64,000 nt of DNA, from positions 728,301-792,300 of the forward strand of contig OZ287704.1 in the NCBI GenBank assembly GCA_965649825.1, written 5' to 3'. The notes beneath the pieces were generated by a model. That model worked only from the letters and a program-made list of their open reading frames with translations, was not told where the DNA came from and searched no databases. The translations under genes and the position numbers were made by a program. Source of the DNA: Penicillus capitatus. Lineage: Eukaryota; Plantae; Chlorophyta. This document shows positions 27,531-40,354 of this stretch, piece by piece (within the stretch, counting starts at the first letter, position 1; every line of letters begins with the position of its first letter).

Positions 27531-28229
27531 TCACACAGATCTCTCTCCTCTCGCGATCCAGACCTGTCTTTTCGGTCTTCTAGGCTCAAAGAGATGCTCA
27601 ATGTTCAATCTCTCGACAACATGATCCTTTTGATCCCTACACCAGAGCACGCTCCTCATCGGAAACCCGGGATCGAAACGACCATCGATGTGCGGTTCTT
27701 TGAGAGGGCGCAGCGGTCGATGGACGATTCCACGCTGTGCCTGTTCGACGAGGGACGACAAGGACTTTGGGAACGGATCTTTCAGAGTTCTCGTGCGCAT
27801 GCGATCCTCGACGTCTCTTGCTTCCTCTTCTCTAACGACCCACACCATCTCTGCATACGCAAATCTCTTCGCACAATCCCACTGTAAAAATCTTCGGTTT
27901 ATCGATGACCAAGACATAGGGCGTCGTCGATCTTTCATGCCTCCCCTTCGACATCTCCCTCGCAGCACTTTTCTTCTCGATCCCTCCACTTGAATGCAAA
28001 AATATGTGACAAACGCCTGCGAGGGTGCTCTCTCGCCACCTTACAGAAACAGAAGACGACTTGGTATGCTTGTGCCTCGGCCGGGTATTCTATCAACGAG
28101 ACAACGTGTGTGTCAAGGCCTTCGTGGAGGAAGTGAAGATGAGAGGACTTGTCGCTGTCGCAGTCTGTGAATATCGTCGAGCGCCATATCGAGAAATCGC
28201 GAAGTCTCGGGAACAGACATTGTAGACAT
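27531..28229 (-). CDS. Hypothetical protein with an N-terminal LDMALDDI motif (REF/UAP56-binding-motif-like)
   Basis: ATG 28229 gives MSTMSVPETSRFLDMALDDIHRL. Plausible ~50-nt introns follow, but the frame of the last exon is ambiguous. Confidence 0.4.
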
Positions 28230-28330
28230 TGTGAGAATCGTGTCACAGCAAATGGCGGATGTGGCGATTCACATCGTCATCAGGTTGTCGACGACATCAT
28301 CCAACTATCTGTCGGGAACCGTCGCCGTTG

Positions 28331-28448
28331 CAAACAAACAAACATAAGGGAACAAACAAACGAACAAACAAACAAACAAACATTAACCAACGACAACGAT
28401 CGACCAAAAAACGAACGTACGTACAACGAACGAACGACAAACGGAACG
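28331..28448 (-). repeat. Mixed (TTTG)n/(TTCG)n low-complexity tract
   Basis: Reads as caaa/cgaa repeats on the + strand, 100-220 nt upstream of ATG 28229. Confidence 0.85.
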
Positions 28449-28668
28449 CACGCAATCTTCCACCCATGTCTGTCCGACTGACTGAAGATATGCAGTTCAT
28501 GATTAGTAGTTGACTATTGATTATAAAACTAAAGGTTTCCAAGCGCGCGATGGTTGTGGTTGGGCACAGATCACGAAGAGGGTGGCGGTCTTCACCAACA
28601 CAGACGGATTGACTGCAAGCGATGACTCCCGGACTCCCAACTCTCCCAAACACTCCCAACGGACGCCG

Positions 28669-29326
28669 TCAATCATCAAATTCGTCATCGAATTGTTGTC
28701 TTTTTACAAACTTGAAATCTTCTCTCCCACGGAATAATGTCACTCCTAAGGGCACACCACACAAATGCATGACGCCTCATTGGCATAGATACGTGACAGA
28801 ACGCACCGACAGAATCGAAGGAGTCTGTTGAGCACGGCAAAGGGCAATCGGGCTTCTTTATGGAAATCTGTACTTTCTGTACGAGTGGATAACCCTCTAG
28901 AATTCTATAGCACATCATCTCTGCCAGATGCTCAATCAAATTGACATCATAGTCTTTCATGATGTTTTCGAGGTCCCTTGCATTGCAAAAGCATCAAAGC
29001 GTAAGATCGAGTGCGTTAGAGGCAGGATACCTGAGAACCGAAGCGTAGTTGACAGTGTGTTTTAGGTTGTCCGTCAAACCCGCGTTCTGTAAATGGAGAA
29101 ATAGTGCGGTGTCGACGGTAAATTTCTGTCCGTATTGCTTCTCTTTCCGTCCACAGCCATGGAACCCATAGAGCTGAAGCGACCTTAAATCTATTCTGTC
29201 CAAAGGTTGGTCTGTTTGGCTTTTATGGGCAGCGTGCGACGTATCCGTACAGAAACTGTTGAAGAAAAGTGCCCGAATGAAACGCGCGTGACGAATTCTA
29301 AACAGTCGCGATAAATGTCGTCCCAT
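28669..29326 (-). CDS. folB: Dihydroneopterin aldolase
   Basis: DRIDLRSLQLYGFHG..EKQYGQKFTVD, LKHTVNYA, NLIEHLAE, VQISIKKP..DSVGVTLFR. Two introns and an N-terminal targeting-like extension. Confidence 0.88.
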
Positions 29327-29602
29327 GAAAGAGGTACCAAGCGCCGACGCTTGTCTGTTGTATTTTTTTCGAATCGGATTTCCATTGTTATGACCATCGG
29401 AGCCCAGTTATGCGTCGACAGATGTCACATCAATGTCACTTCATGCTGACGGGAACGATCGACCCACATCCGTGCGTACGTGCATGTATGTGGTGGCGAC
29501 GACGACGGCGACGACAGCGAAACCTACGTGAACTCAGATAGTTTATTTTGTCCCAAACGGATCATCCATAAACAGTGCCATTGTTTTGATACCACCCAGG
29601 CC

Positions 29603-30970
29603 ATGTCTTCTGTTCTGTCACGCCCCGGAGCCCATGCAGCAACGCGTGCCAAAATTCGTTCCACGCCATTCCTCATGCGCCATGTCTGGCATCGCTTGAC
29701 GCTAAGGCAGCCATGGCGACGCGTCGTGCAGTGCTGGGCAACGTGGCAGCAACGCCGTCGACATAACAGAATGCGCATGTCGAGGCGAATCCTGAATCCC
29801 ATCGTCGTCATCGCCGCTGCCGCGACGGAGCATTCCGTAGAATCCGACACATCACCCTCCGTGCTTTCGAACGGCCCATTACCCTCTTCCCTTGTCAAAA
29901 GAGAGCTGATCGGAAGCGGGACGTTTGGTGAGGTGTTTCGCGGCTACGACTGCGACAGCGATCGGGAAGTGGCGATCAAGGTCATCTCCAAAAAGAGACA
30001 GGGATCGGATCCTGCGTCGATGGCACTCATGAAACAACGCATTGAACACGAAGTCTCTATGTGGTGTGCATTACAGTCATTCCCCCACGCCGTCCGACTG
30101 AATAACTTCTACGAAGTCTGTGACGCCTATACCACATCCCACGCTTCGAACATAACGTTCTAGGATGAAACGCACGTCTATTTTGTGCAAGAGATCTGCA
30201 ATGGAGGGAGTCTTGAAGACTTGATGAAGGTAGGAGCATCGACACACACTGATGACCATGTATCTGTGCGATTGTAGATTCGCGGATGTCTATCCGAGGT
30301 GGAGGTAGCGCAGATCATGAAGACAGTGCTGTCGCTCGTCGCTTTCTGTCACGAACGTGATATCTGTTACTGTGATATCAAGCCAGCCAACTTCATTCTT
30401 CCGTCTTCTGTTCCTGGACTCGACGGAGAAGGAAATGTAACAGAGTATGTGAAAGTGATCGATTTTGGATCTTGTGAACACGTGCCTAAGAATGGACTCA
30501 GAGGAGAGAAGGGCACGCCTCTGTATATGGCACCCGAAGTGCAGAACTCGCGTTACGGTGTGGAATCGGACGTGTGGTCCACCGGTGTCCTTATGTACTA
30601 CCTCATTTCTGGAGAGATTCCTTTTATCGGAAAGCCGTCTAAAGACCTATCGCCCTCTGCCCTGTCTTTCTACATTCAGTTCGGCGAAGTGAGCTTCTGA
30701 TCACCGTTTCCAATCTCTTATGGGTGGTGGATGGTTTAGTTGAAATTTGATGCCCCAGTTTGGCAGCATGTTTCACAGGAAGCTCGGGATTTGATCTGCT
30801 GCATGCTTGAGCGCAATGTGAAGAAGCGCATTGATGCAAAAGATGCATTGGACCACGTGTGGATGCAACGATTGGCATCCCAAAATCGACCCAACAATGT
30901 ACCCAACAAAGCGCTCTCTGATATCTGTCCCATCGACCCATCCGTTCGCATCGTGGAACAGACATCTTGA
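29603..30970 (+). CDS. CDPK-related Ser/Thr kinase without EF-hands, with transit-peptide-like N-terminus
   Basis: IGSGTFGEV, VAIKVISK, CYCDIKPANF, KVIDFG, GTPLYMAPE, W..VSQEARDLICCML. Three introns. Confidence 0.8.
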
Positions 30971-32292
30971 CGGATGCATGCATTCCCAGGGAGTACGCTG
31001 TTTTCTGAAGTCCATCACCGCTGCTGCTGTACGCTATCGCTGAATAATCTGAGCTTTTGCTTATTATATGAGCTTCTTACCGGGTCTTTGCTCGTCATAG
31101 CCATTGGGGATAGGGCAGGCAATAAGTCCTACGCAACATTAAAGTGGTCCCAAGGGAATCTTTATGAATCTCGCTGCTGTGATGTGCCTAATTGGGTGCG
31201 GTTTTGTTATTCTTTTGGGAACCTATTGGTACCGCTTTGTCTCTCGCACATTATGAAATCCCCTATACTGGATGCTAATCCTCAATTGTTGGGCACACAC
31301 TCAGTATCTTTTGTTGTTGTTGTTGTTGATTGTTCTTAGTTTCCTCGACCGTCAACCAAATGCTGTGTCATTCTTAACGACATTATACAAACCAGTACTA
31401 CAAACAGAGGGGCACAGCGTGGCATTTTATAATTCAGCCAGAATGCTGGCCCTCCTTGTGATGTGACGGAATCGTCGCCTTTATCGCGCGCACAATTCCT
31501 GAACATCATCACAAATAGAGTGGATTCAATATCAAACCTCGACAACAGTTGAAAACTAACTAACTTTCAATCCATAAGTACAAGAACAGATTGTTGCCGC
31601 GGGATCATTCTTTTCTTCGGGAAATTGAAGAATGAGAGTAGAGAGAGATTTCTTAATGAAACGAGAATCCTCTTGTCGAAGGCAACAAAGAGATTGCTAC
31701 CCCGGCCGGTCGTCACTCTTAGTGCAGTTTTGCATGGACTGGAATTTGGACACGATTTGATGTTGATAAGGACTGTATTTTTCGGAGTTCCCTTCCCCTT
31801 GCTGTTTTCAGTTCCCATTTCCTGCTTTTTTCATGCCATCGTGGATATCCCAGTTGTTCTATTTGGGTGATCATTAGAGGGATGGACTGCTGGAGGCTAT
31901 TTTTAGGCGATTGACATGAAAAGTCAGTAGTGAGCTCGGAATGCTCATCAAGTCAGGAAATGCCCTTAACTCTTCACCTGTCCGATCCCATTTAAATTGA
32001 AAAGACCACGTTTAGCGCCAAACACAACGACCACATACAAATCCATCTGCTGCCAACTAGCCAGTCCACTTATCCAAACAGCAAAGTGTTCAAACGTTCA
32101 GGAGAATTTAAATTCTGAGTCCTCAGCCGACGCACAGCTCAGCTCAGCTCACGATCATGAAACAGCATCGTCATCAGACAAGGCAACGTCGCCTTCATTT
32201 CAATATACAACAGTAATTTCTTCCCAGAGAAGGCATTAAGAATGTGCTAGCGATGTTCTTCAAAGACTTTCTAATGTCATGCATGGCGAAAT

Positions 32293-33655
32293 CTAAGCCA
32301 TGGAGGTGCTAACGTTGCGATTCCACTTGAATTGCACACAGAGGGCAATGTGGTCCGATCCATAACTATCCATGGGCAGTCCTTGCTCGCCGATCTGCGA
32401 ATCCGACAGCATCGACCATCGGCTGACCAACTCCAAATCTCCTCGCGATGTAAACCTGCAACGAAGGACGCACGTTCAGAGAGACGGCCACTCGTGAAGG
32501 GGAAGGGATCTCTGACCAGACGTAGTCAATAATCCTCTTGGCCAAGCCACTGGGCCTCCACTTGTAGGTTGTGATCGGCGCCGTCTCCTCTTCCGTCTCG
32601 ACCTTGAAATCCCAGATGCTCAGGAATGGAAAGGTGTTGTTTCTTCGCATTAGATGACAGCTCTGAGAATGAGGCTCGTCGTTGAAGTCTCCGCAAACGA
32701 TGACGGGCACTTGGGCGCGATCTTCTTTCCTCAAAGACGACTGAAACCTGTTTAACTCCTCCAGCAGTTGAGAAACCTACATGCAGATCTCTCGTATCTC
32801 GCCGAGCCCTGGATGCGGCGTGAGGCACCTGCAGACTGCGCGTTTCTTGACTCTCCATGCCGTTCTTGGCTTTGAGATGTGTTGTCGCGAGAACGAATTC
32901 TTTGTTCTCTGTCTTGTCAAAGAGGGAGAGAATGATGAATCCTTGACTCATTGATGAACCGTCTGCATTGATGTAGCTCTTCCCTACCGCATTCTCACTC
33001 ACGCGTTCAAAAGTGCGAGAAACGACGCTTCACCCAAAGGGATGTCTTTCAACTCAAATTTGGACGTCCGGTAGAAAATGGCACAACCATCCGAGGGTGC
33101 CCCGTACTTAACGGCAGGACTCTTCTGCTTTGGGAGAAAGTATGAATCATATCCAGCCTCTTTCATGACAGGCAAAAAGAAATCATCTGCGTACACACCA
33201 AACATGTGATGGCATTCACAAGGCCGTCGCTTTCATGCATCAGACGCACCGTACTTGTTCACCTCCTGCAAGCAAACCAAATCCGCATCTGCCTCCTGAA
33301 TCTCTTTCAGTATCAAAGGCCAGCGTCTTTCCCACTCCAACAAAGATGAAGGGACCTGACAGCGACGTCTTTTCTCTCATAAAAGAGTGCGTGATGTCGA
33401 TACCTGAATGAAGTTTCCATTCTGCGCCAAGCCATCAGCCAGGACGTTCCATTGCAGCACTTTGATGCCAGGTGGAGGAGGTGCATGGAAAGCTGATAGA
33501 GACTTGGTATTGCTCTTGACGGCGACCCAAGAGCGTGGCAGCTTGTCCATTCGGCCTTTCTCCGACGGAATGATGCCTCGTCGTACGGACCACTTCCACC
33601 AGCTCAAGAAAAAAGCACTCGAGGGCAAGGGACGACCACACCACGGAACACGCAT
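32293..33655 (-). CDS. Nocturnin / CCR4-like EEP-family phosphatase
   Basis: IKVLQWNVLADGLAQ, ADADLVCLQEV, DGCAIFYR, LATTHLKAK, VIVCGDFN, IIDYVW, YGSDHIAL. Five introns. Start codon uncertain. Confidence 0.85.
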
Positions 33656-33866
33656 CGACGACACATACGAAACCCGAAACGGGAGAGATACGGTCGAAAT
33701 ACGGTCGGTGGTCTGTTCAGTGGCGACCACCAAGATGACGACGGTTGACACACTCTATCACGTCACATCATCGCGGTATCTTGAATCTCGTTTCCAACAG
33801 CATCGCTCGCTGGCTCCCCACATTCACTTACGTGCTTGTTAGTTCGTGTGTGCGCGTTTGGACACC

Positions 33867-35165
33867 ATGATGCGTGAAGGAGTCCAATCGATCAAACGAC
33901 CTTCGGATCAGACACTCGAAGAAAAGCACCACGTTTCTCAGCCTCTCGGTAGCGCTGGTCAGGCGATCGTCAGGACCGAGGCAGACCAGACGGTGCCATC
34001 TCAAACGACCTCGCCTGTCCCTTCGCATCGAACACTTGACACTTCACCGTTTGGCGCCTGGCCGGCAACAAGTCCTCATCCTACACCCGCTCTCCATTCC
34101 TCCACTAACCTTGGACACGAATTCGGCGCGAATGCGACGTCAAGCATGTCGGAGGGCAACACATTTCTCCAGCGCATTGATGAATGGCGTCAGCTGGCCA
34201 CAACGATGCCCAAGTCACATCACTCGCTGTCTCCCTATGCTGCCATTCCTCACCGTTCTGTGGTTTCCAGTTGGTTAGACGCGCTCAAGGCAAGCGTCTT
34301 ACATCATTGCTTTGCCTCTGATCTCTCACTGCCCAACCGGATGGATGATGTGACGGATGCTGAGGTCACTGAGTTTGTTGCCTCACTCAATCCGCCGCCC
34401 TACTTGACGGGACACCAAAGGATGCTGTTCTCTGAGCTGCTGCAGAACATGGAGGCGTGGTGGAGTTCCAGTTTCGGCGTCATGCAGTCCATCCATGAAG
34501 ACAGTGTGCAGATTATGGGATTCGATGCCTTGCCCGTACCTCCCAGTCCACTGCCGATGCAGATCCAGCGGCGTCTCAAAATGATCTTCCGTTCCGTCAT
34601 GCAGCTCATGAGAATTCCACCCGCCCCTGCGAACATGTTAGGCGGGAATTCGGCGGCGGAGGATGTCTCTCACCCCTGTGCACCAGACGATGTCCGTTTC
34701 TGGAGAATGCTCGGCCAAGAGCACCGCAACAATCCAAAGATGGTGCTCAGGGAATGGCTCTTTCAGCATTTCGATCGTCCCTATCCCACAGATCAGGACA
34801 AGCACTTGCTGTCCAGCATCACGGGACTCTCAAGGACGCAAGTGTCGAACTGGTTCATCAACGCCCGTGTACGCATTTGGCAACCGCTGGTCATGGAGTT
34901 GGGCAAAGAATTGGGAGAACATGAAGATATGGGTGACTCTGCTGAGGAAGCATCGCCTTTGGGACTGAAGGTCGAGGTAGACCATCAGAGATTAGTAAGA
35001 GGGAGCGTTGTACAAGAGAGTGATCATCTCTCACCTGTCACATCGTACAGAGATCTCACATCTCAGCCGTTTTGCACTTTCGCCACTGCTCCTGCTGGCG
35101 TCGCTGCCGTCATACCACCTGAGTCGCCGGATCATGCCGGAAGCGCTCACTCAAAATTAGAGTGA
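33867..35165 (+). CDS. TALE homeodomain transcription factor, BELL class (intronless)
   Basis: [48 protein letters not shown] has the PYP loop and the BELL-type WFINARVR. Confidence 0.9.
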   Translation: MMREGVQSIKRPSDQTLEEKHHVSQPLGSAGQAIVRTEADQTVPSQTTSPVPSHRTLDTSPFGAWPATSPHPTPALHSSTNLGHEFGANATSSMSEGNTFLQRIDEWRQLATTMPKSHHSLSPYAAIPHRSVVSSWLDALKASVLHHCFASDLSLPNRMDDVTDAEVTEFVASLNPPPYLTGHQRMLFSELLQNMEAWWSSSFGVMQSIHEDSVQIMGFDALPVPPSPLPMQIQRRLKMIFRSVMQLMRIPPAPANMLGGNSAAEDVSHPCAPDDVRFWRMLGQEHRNNPKMVLREWLFQHFDRPYPTDQDKHLLSSITGLSRTQVSNWFINARVRIWQPLVMELGKELGEHEDMGDSAEEASPLGLKVEVDHQRLVRGSVVQESDHLSPVTSYRDLTSQPFCTFATAPAGVAAVIPPESPDHAGSAHSKLE

Positions 35166-35335
35166 GAAATGCCTCCATCGATTTTCGTTGTTTCCATGGA
35201 CCATCTGTTCTGTTCGATACATTCGTTGCGGAAACTTCGTGTCATTAGGGACAGATGGCGTGGTTGCTTTGTAAGGTAAAGCAGAATAAATGTTGTCTGC
35301 CTTACACCCGCCCACCTCACACTTCTCACACATTT

Positions 35336-36557
35336 CTATGCAGAAACGTTTGGCCCTCCCATTAAACTACCCAGCAGATTTGCGAGCATATTGTTCGATC
35401 GAGGCGGGAAGAATTTCTCAGACACTTTTGTCAGGAGATGACTCAGATGTTTATCCCGATCGAGCGCCCGCGTATACTTTGTCCGAAGCATATCGACCAA
35501 ACCTTGAGAAGGTATCTGCAGTGCCTATAGGAGCGACAGACCAACGTCGCATCCTTCTTCCGAAACGATCGAACCTCGATAAGAAAGGTGACGAAGTTGA
35601 TCAGAGGACTGTGTGGTATCGATCTCTGTTCCTCGTACGCTTTCAGAAAAGCGGCAGCACAGGAGACCGACTCGCTGTTCGAGTACAGCAGAATCTGCAG
35701 AACGGCTCGACATACGAAGAGATCTTCCTCTGAAGCTTCAGCCTCTTCCAAACATGCTGACAACGCTGTCAGTCCATACCCCTCTCCGTGACTATGATAG
35801 GGATAGGGATCGGCACTCGCCTTGGATCAATTTCTCCCATCCTTGACCGCGTGCATAGAAGATGGTGATGCGACCCAACGACGACCATCCTTTCCAATCG
35901 AAAATGTAATCTCCGGCAGACACATTCATCTCACGGTACCATGCGTCGTTTGCGTGTGATCTGGAGGATCACTCATGGTCACACTTTTTCCTTCCGTTTC
36001 TTTTTCTTACTTTTTCATAAATCGGATGCCGTTCTCCAAGAAACGTATCCCTTCTTCGACCTCTGCCCGATCTTGATTCAGCTCTGGATACAGCGCCGAT
36101 CTGGGCAACAGCTCCACGATTCGACGCAGGGCGGCCATTCTTGTCTCAGTCAATTCCACGAATCCTTCCTCATACGACTGTCCAATAAGTGCATCACCGT
36201 TGCTGTCACATCCATTGCATTCTATCTACCTGGATTAACAGATTTCCCAGTTCAATCCCTCCATTAACCTGTCGATTCTCCAGCAGCGAACACGTTCCTT
36301 CCTATGCATCTCCCGATCGGATGCCTTGTGTGAGGTAGACAGAGATCAGGGGACTGACTTCTAAGACAGTGTGGCTTTCTCCATGAAGGTCTTTTGCTTT
36401 GTATCGGTGGTAGACGGTTTTATAACTTTGCTGGGCTTCATAATAAGCCCCGTTCTCGATTTGACCACGAATGCGGTGTAGCACCTGCCATAACCGTCAC
36501 CGCGACTGCTCACTGTGATCCCGAACGCACCCGTTCAATTCCAGCGCCTGTCGCCAT
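35336..36557 (-). CDS. GET4: Golgi to ER traffic protein 4
   Basis: MATGAGIER/VLHRIRGQIENGAYYEAQQSYKTVYHRY, EEDLFVCRAVLQIL, PLINFVTFLIE, ending NLLGSLMGGPNVSA. Six introns, one of them GC-AG (35766-35820). Confidence 0.85.
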
Positions 36558-36623
36558 TTGTTCAGATATGCTCTCTGCACAATCTGCTTGGTTAGGATGC
36601 TTCGAAGGATACGGGGCGATGTC

Positions 36624-38441
36624 ATGGACCGAATAGCGCTGCGTCGTTGTGACGTCGACGTGACGCGTCGTGCCCTTTGGACTAGCCTTCGTTCCTTCTC
36701 TCGCAGTGTTTCGTGCAACGCCTCTTCTCCTTTCCCGCGTTGTCGGATCATCTTTAACCATTCTCCCTCCACGTGCACGGCTCGTGCTGAAAGGTGTCTC
36801 GCCCAGGCTGCCGCCATACGGCTGTGCAGTAAAGCGTCTTGTGCGGCCCTCTCGAAGACGACACCGACACAGGGGAGAGATGACCGATACCTGTCTGCTC
36901 TCCGACACCTGTATCAAAAGCTGCAGCTGTTACGCGAAAGAACGCGCTTCGCGTCTGGAAGCGGCAAAGTGTCGTGTTCGACTGTTTCAGTCCAGTGTTG
37001 TGGTATCGATGAGTCGACAGAAGAGTGAAGCGCTGTCGAACAGGGAGAGCTATGTTTGTACAGAAGAGAACTGTGAGAAGACGCGCTACTCGAACAGCGA
37101 TGAGGATGTGGATGATGACGATCAGAAGGATTGGTGGTCGAAAACAACGAACGATCTCGTTCAGCTCTCGACATTCCCTTTCCTCTTCCTCTCGCTACCG
37201 CAATTGCGAACGAATGCTATTCACTTGAGAAACGGAAATCTGCTTGCCCTCTCTGTCCTGTCATGGAAGGTGCCTCTGTTCAAGCAAATGTCGAGGGAAG
37301 ACATGTATGTGTGAACTAGGGTTTCTTGACGGCACTTGCTGCAAATTCCATTCTGATGAGCTATTTCTTCAAGAAACGAGAATTTGGAGCGGCGCTCGTC
37401 CAAACAATTGGCGTTATCAGCAATTTTATCTTACTTGTGCAAGTCGGCCTAACCGTCTTCCATCGACAGCCGCCCTCTTGACTCGGCGATGGCGTGGATG
37501 TGTAGATCTACATGGCTAGTCTGTTGGATGGTGCCACACTGACAGGCGTCTTCATCTTCATTCTCATCAGCGCCTTTGTCAACGGCACGGTCGCACTCGG
37601 TAAGCAATGCCGTGATTGATGTGACAGGCGTCAGTGCGTGATTGAACAGGGACATCTCGCAAATGGAGTTTGATGCGTGCTCCATGGGTCATCCGTTTGT
37701 GGGAAACATGTCTCTCTGTGCTTGGCCTGAGTCTCTTTGTCCATGCTCTGTGGTCTACCTTGTTTCCAAAAACGAATCTGACACCCGCTTACATTACAGC
37801 TGCCTTCAGTCTGACCATCGATGTTCTGGTAAGGCGGCCCTCTTGGCGATTGGGCCATGTAGCTGCGCTGTGTCTGTAGCATTGGATGGATGCATTAAGT
37901 CCAGCAATTAAGAAAACCTGGAATGGGATTTCTGCATGGACAGCGACCCTTCTTTTCGCATTTCAGCCCATCGGTCAACTTGTCTGCAACTTTGCAAATC
38001 CCTCCAGTCTTGCTGGACTCTCTCTGAATTTCAGCCTCCTGGCTATGGCTGGTAACGGACTCATGGTTCCACGTGCCCTCCACACAAGAGACAAAATCTG
38101 GTTGACAGGTATGTGAGCATCTCGCCAAACATCTTTCCTTGATGTGACAGGATGCGTGACAGGAACGTTGTGGGGATCATCTATGATGGGATGGGCCCAA
38201 TTGCTTTGTCTGTATGTGGCTGGACTCCAAACGGGGTACGTACGCACGGCCTCTGTTGCTCACACATTTATAATGTCCATCTGTTCGTCCCTGTAGGTCA
38301 TGTTATCTGAGTGCCACGCTTTTTTATTTGATCTCCATTGGTGTAGCGCTTTATTTCTTCTTTGTTTTCTCAATGGAAGCCAAAGCGAGTAATCTTAGTC
38401 ATCCGTTAGAGGCACTGTTCCACACGTATTTCTTACACTGA
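36624..38441 (+). CDS. MEX1: Plastid maltose exporter MEX1/RCP1
   Basis: Transit-peptide-like start, then FPFLFLSLPQL..N..HLRNGN..ALS..SWKG..LMSYFFKKRE..AALVQTIG, WTATLLFAFQPIGQL..NF, MAGNGLMVPRAL..RDKIWLTG. About seven introns. Confidence 0.85.
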
Positions 38442-38740
38442 TAGAATTCGATGTCGTCTATCATGATTCTGTGCAGTCCATTCGAACATTTAACCGTAGG
38501 AATGATCTACGTCCGCAAACAGAGTCTGTTCAACAAAAATCTCTGCTTGTTTGATAAGCATGAGGCGTCTAGTGATGACACATTGTAAATAAAGGTGCTA
38601 AAAGTGAATTACTTTACCACATACAATCAAGTCTCGCACGTGCTTAGAAAGCGCATGTCTTTCAATGATCAATTCTTTCTTGCGACAAAAGAAAAAAATC
38701 GTGCAGATATGGAATGCTGCCCTAGAAGACGTGAAACGGA

Positions 38741-40264
38741 TCAAGAGACTGCCGTTTGGAGACTGCTCTCGAAGAATTGCATGGCGGTGTCTTCCATCCA
38801 CGCTCGGCCAAACGGCCACAGTCCTGAACAAACAATTCCCCTTCCTTCTCTGTTAGGAAAGCCAACCTTGAAGAAAAGCAACATGACCGCCATGTGATGT
38901 GACAGCAAGTGCTGTATTATTGTTTTCAAGGCATTGCTTAATTGGCATGTTCCTAAAGGCAAGCTTATCCACCAAGAGAGCGCTTGCGTGGTTGGTATGT
39001 TACCCAATGAATGGGTCATCCTCTGATACGAGAATGAGAGACTTCGTTTGAATGTGCGGTATGTGAAACTGACTCGACCCACGACGGCAATACTCATCTA
39101 ACGAAGAAAATCCAAACAGCTGACAAACAGTAGCTTCTTCAAAATCCTTAATTGTCTTGCATTTCTTCACGACGTCTGCCAGAGCGCTCTCACTCTCTCC
39201 AAAATCATCTCTGTGCTCATTCGCATAGGAACGCAATCTGCAGCAATGCATCAGAAGACAGAGAGCAGCTGCGCAATCGAACACACCTATATGTGAGAAC
39301 GAGGTTAAAGAGCCAAGGAATGGTCCATGGCTTGCTGATCCTGTTCTGTGACGTAAACATGCAACACGGATTGCTCACCATGACCGCTCCATGCAGTCGA
39401 CTCCCTTCTCCTCTGTCACTCTCTCCCAGGTACTTACACAACATCAAGCTGCCAAGAGAATACGCCGCCGCAAACAATGGCGCCTGAGGATACTTCCTGA
39501 ACACACAAACCATCCAACCTCCGTGCCATCCCATACCACATTGAACCATTTGATCTCGTCGATGACGGTGTAGACATCGTCCGTCACCACGGGACTGTAT
39601 CCCTTAGGAGACGTCAAAGGCACGCCATTGCAGCCACGGTAGTTGAAAACGACGGATCTCCATTTGTGCTCGTATGCTGTGTAGCACATCCATCGACAGT
39701 ACCCTTCATGACTGCCACCTGGATGGGCACCCTTAGTGTTGCTTCGGTGTGGTGCTGAGTAAGACCTGTCAGTCCGTGCATGACCAGGACAATGGGAGTG
39801 CTCGGTGACCATCTGTCTTCCTCGTTGCTATCGGCAAACCAGTCCAATCCAACAGTACCACCATCTGACATCGTCACTAACTGACGCTCGTAGCAATCGC
39901 TTCCCATTCGACGCAGTACTGAAGATCAGTATTGGCATCTGCAAACGGACACTGGGAGAAATGCGACCTCCAGCCACGGTCATCAAATGCGAATTCAGGA
40001 GCCATGGCGATGGACGATAGGGCAGAAAGAGATTCGGCACACCTCTCTCCAGCATCTCCTTCAAGCGTCCGTCGGCGACATACAGTTTCGGCTTCTTACA
40101 GTAGTGCGTTAAGTAAGTGTACCTGATCGAGACATGACAACAGCTGAAGGCAGTCAAGGGAGGTAGATAGGGAAGGGATACCAGCCATAGGCAGCGGACG
40201 AAAAACCGACCAGTCCTGCAGCGACGACTGCGACATCTCTCTTTCGACGAAAGAGAACATCCAT
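38741..40264 (-). CDS. Alpha/beta hydrolase (ABHD1/3, YheT/EMB8-like)
   Basis: PSPWLLNSHLMT, RQLVTMSDGGTVGLDW, VMHGLTGGS, VVFNYRGC, AAAYSLGS, SEDDPF, TSHGGHVAFLQG. About seven introns. Confidence 0.88.
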
Positions 40265-40354
40265 CACGCAGAGTCGAATATCCGATCGACACACAGTACG
40301 AATACCGATTGCCGTGAAGGCTCGCGTTGATGTGACGTTTCCGACTTGGATACC

